In this document: piece after piece, positions 61,397 through 64,000 of the stretch
Position numbering within the stretch: position 1 is the stretch's first letter
Layout of the letters: each line of letters starts with the position of its first letter
Assembly: GCF_006345805.1 (NCBI RefSeq)
Contig: NW_021831285.1
Coordinates: 124,001-188,000, forward strand
Direction: 5' to 3'
DNA from: Octopus sinensis
Taxonomy: Eukaryota
Length of the DNA stretch: 64,000 nucleotides
Notes under the pieces: model-generated
Database searches by the model: none
Seen by the model: only the letters and a program-made list of their open reading frames with translations
Told to the model about the DNA's origin: nothing
Translations under genes and position numbers: made by a program

Positions 61397-64000
61397 TTTA
61401 TTACATAATCTCAAGTATCCTCGTATCTTCACATCTTGGAACCTTTCAAAATTGCAATTTATTACATAATCTATTACATAATCTCAAGTACCCTCGTATA
61501 CTAAAATCTATAGACATCCCAAATTGCATAATAAATTACGCAATTTATTACGAAATCTATTACATAATCTCAACTATCCTCGTATCTTCACATCTAGGCA
61601 CCTCCGAAAATTGCATAATATATTACGCAATTTATTACATAATCTCAAGTACCCTCGTATACTAAAATCTAGAGACATCCCAAATTGCATAATAAATTAC
61701 GCAATATATTACGAAATCTATTACATAATCTCAAGTATCCTCGTATCTTCACATCTAGGCACCTCCCAAAATTGCATAATATATTACGCAATTTATTACA
61801 TAATCTCAAGTACCCTCGTATACTAAAATCTAGAGACATCCCAAATTGCATAATAAATTACGCAATTTATTACGAAATCTATTACATAATCTCAAGTATC
61901 CTCATATCTTCACATCTTGGAACCTCCGAAAATTGCATAATATATTACGCAATTTATTACATAATCTCAAGTACCCTCGTATACTAAAATCTAGAGACAT
62001 CCCAAATTGCATAATAAATTACGCAATATATTACGAAATCTATTACATAATCTCAAGTATCCTCGTATCTTCACATCTAGGCACCTCCCAAAATTGCATA
62101 ATATATTACGCAATTTATTACATAATCTCAAGTACCCTCCTATACTAAAATCTAGAGACATCCCAAATTGCATAATAAATTACACAATATATTACGAAAT
62201 CTATTACATAATCTCAAGTATCCTCGTATCTTCACATCTAGGCACCTCCCAAAATTGCATAATATATTACGCAATTTATTACATAATCTCAAGTACCCTC
62301 GTATACTAAAATCTAGAGACATCCCAAATTGCATAATAAATTACGCAATATATTACGAAATCTATTACATAATCTCAAGTATCCTCGTATCTTCACATCT
62401 AGGCACCTCCCAAAATTGCATAATATATTACGCAATTTATTACATAATCTCAAGTACCCTCCTATACTAAAATCTAGAGACATACCAAATTGCATAATAA
62501 ATTACACAATATATTACGAAATCTATTACATAATCTCAAGTATCCTCGTATCTTCACATCTAGGCACTCCGCAAAATTGCATAATATATTACGCAATTTA
62601 TTACATAATCTCAAGTACCCTCGTATACTAAAATCTAGAGACATCCCAAATTGCATAATAAATTACGCAATTTATTACGAAATCTATTACATAATCTCAA
62701 TTATCCTCATATCTTCACATCTTAAAACCTCCAAAAATTGCATAATATATTACGCAATTTATTACATAATCTCAAGTACCCTCGTATACTAAAATCTATA
62801 GACATCCGAAATTGCATAATAAATTACGCAATATATTACGAAATCTATTACATAATCTCAATTATCCTCATATCTTCACATCTTGGAACCTCCGAAAATT
62901 GCATAATATATTACGCAATTTATTACATAATCTCAAGTACCCTCGTATACTAAAATCTAGAGACATCCCAAATTGCATAATAAATTACGCAATTTATTAC
63001 GAAATCTATTACATATTCTCAAGTATCCTCGTATCTTCACATCTAGGACCTCCGAAATTGCATAATATATTACGCAATTTATTACATCATCTCATCTCAA
63101 GTACCCTCGTATACTAAAATCTAGAGACATCCCAAATTGCATAATAAATTACGCAATATATTACGAAATCTATTACATAATCTCAAGTATCCTCGTATCT
63201 TCACATCTAGGCACCTCCCAAAATTGCATAATATATTACGCAATTTATTACATAATCTCAAGTACCCTCCTATACTAAAATCTAGAGACATCCCAAATTG
63301 CATAATAAATTACACAATATATTACGAAATCTATTACATAATCTCAAGTATCCTCGTATCTTCACATCTAGGCACCTCCCAAAATTGCATAATATATTAC
63401 GCAATTTATTACATAATCTCAAGTACCCTCGTATACTAAAATCTATAGACATCCGAAATTGCATAATAAATTACGCAATATATTACGAAATCTATTACAT
63501 AATCTCAATTATCCTCATATCTTCACATCTAGGCACCTCCCAAAATTGAATAATATATTACGCAATTTATTATATAATCTCAAGTACCCTCCTATACTAA
63601 AATCTAGAGACATACCAAATTGCATAATAAATTACACAATATATTACGAAATCTATTACATAATCTCAAGTATCCTCGTATCTTCACATCTAGGCACTCC
63701 GCAAAATTGCATAATATATTACGCAATTTATTACATAATCTCAAGTACCCTCGTATACTAAAATCTAGAGACATCCCAAATTGCATAATAAATTACGCAA
63801 TTTATTACGAAATCTATTACATAATCTCAATTATCCTCATATCTTCACATCTTAAAACCTCCAAAAATTGCATAATATATTACGCAATTTATTACATAAT
63901 CTCAAGTACCCTCGTATACTAAAATCTATAGACATCCGAAATTGCATAATAAATTACGCAATATATTACGAAATCTATTACATAATCTCAATTATCCTCA
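61397..64000. repeat. 161-bp satellite (86+75-bp subunits) with a ~1130-bp higher-order repeat; runs off the window
   Basis: ORF starts recur every 161 bp. Diagnostic variants recur at offset 1130 (62481/63611, 62561/63691, 62721/63851). Confidence 0.97.

Noticed and set aside
61524-63922. Many 60-100-aa ORFs in the terminal array
   Set aside because: They recur with the 161-bp period on both strands and have low complexity; they are satellite translation artefacts.

Overview
This is AT-rich eukaryotic DNA, almost certainly animal, from a lineage with extremely short spliceosomal introns. All 24 host-gene introns I could resolve are GT-AG and 22-33 nt, which suggests a dicyemid-, myxozoan- or orthonectid-like parasite; the taxon cannot be fixed from the sequence alone. 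Most of the window is nested transposons: RTE, R4/Dong-like, CRE-like and Jockey/I-like non-LTR elements, several hATs, two Merlins, a Tc1, a pogo/Tigger, Ginger-like ends, a MITE and a Helitron. There are also two satellite arrays. Host genes are a compact BRCA1 with a 26-aa central tandem repeat (two copies, inside a ~8.9-kb direct tandem duplication), a CEP152-like coiled-coil gene, SMIM4/UQCC5, COQ3 (split by a LINE insertion in an exon), COA7 and a 5'-truncated tRNA-Met. Main observations: (1) transposases of four DNA-transposon superfamilies carry host-sized 22-29-nt introns, four of them in one Merlin; (2) decayed bacterial-type genes (M20D amidohydrolase, ABC-F-like fragment); (3) a Helitron carrying a satellite array, with its empty site visible in the duplicate; (4) a hierarchical 161-bp satellite with a ~1130-bp higher-order repeat. 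There is no CRISPR array or rRNA.
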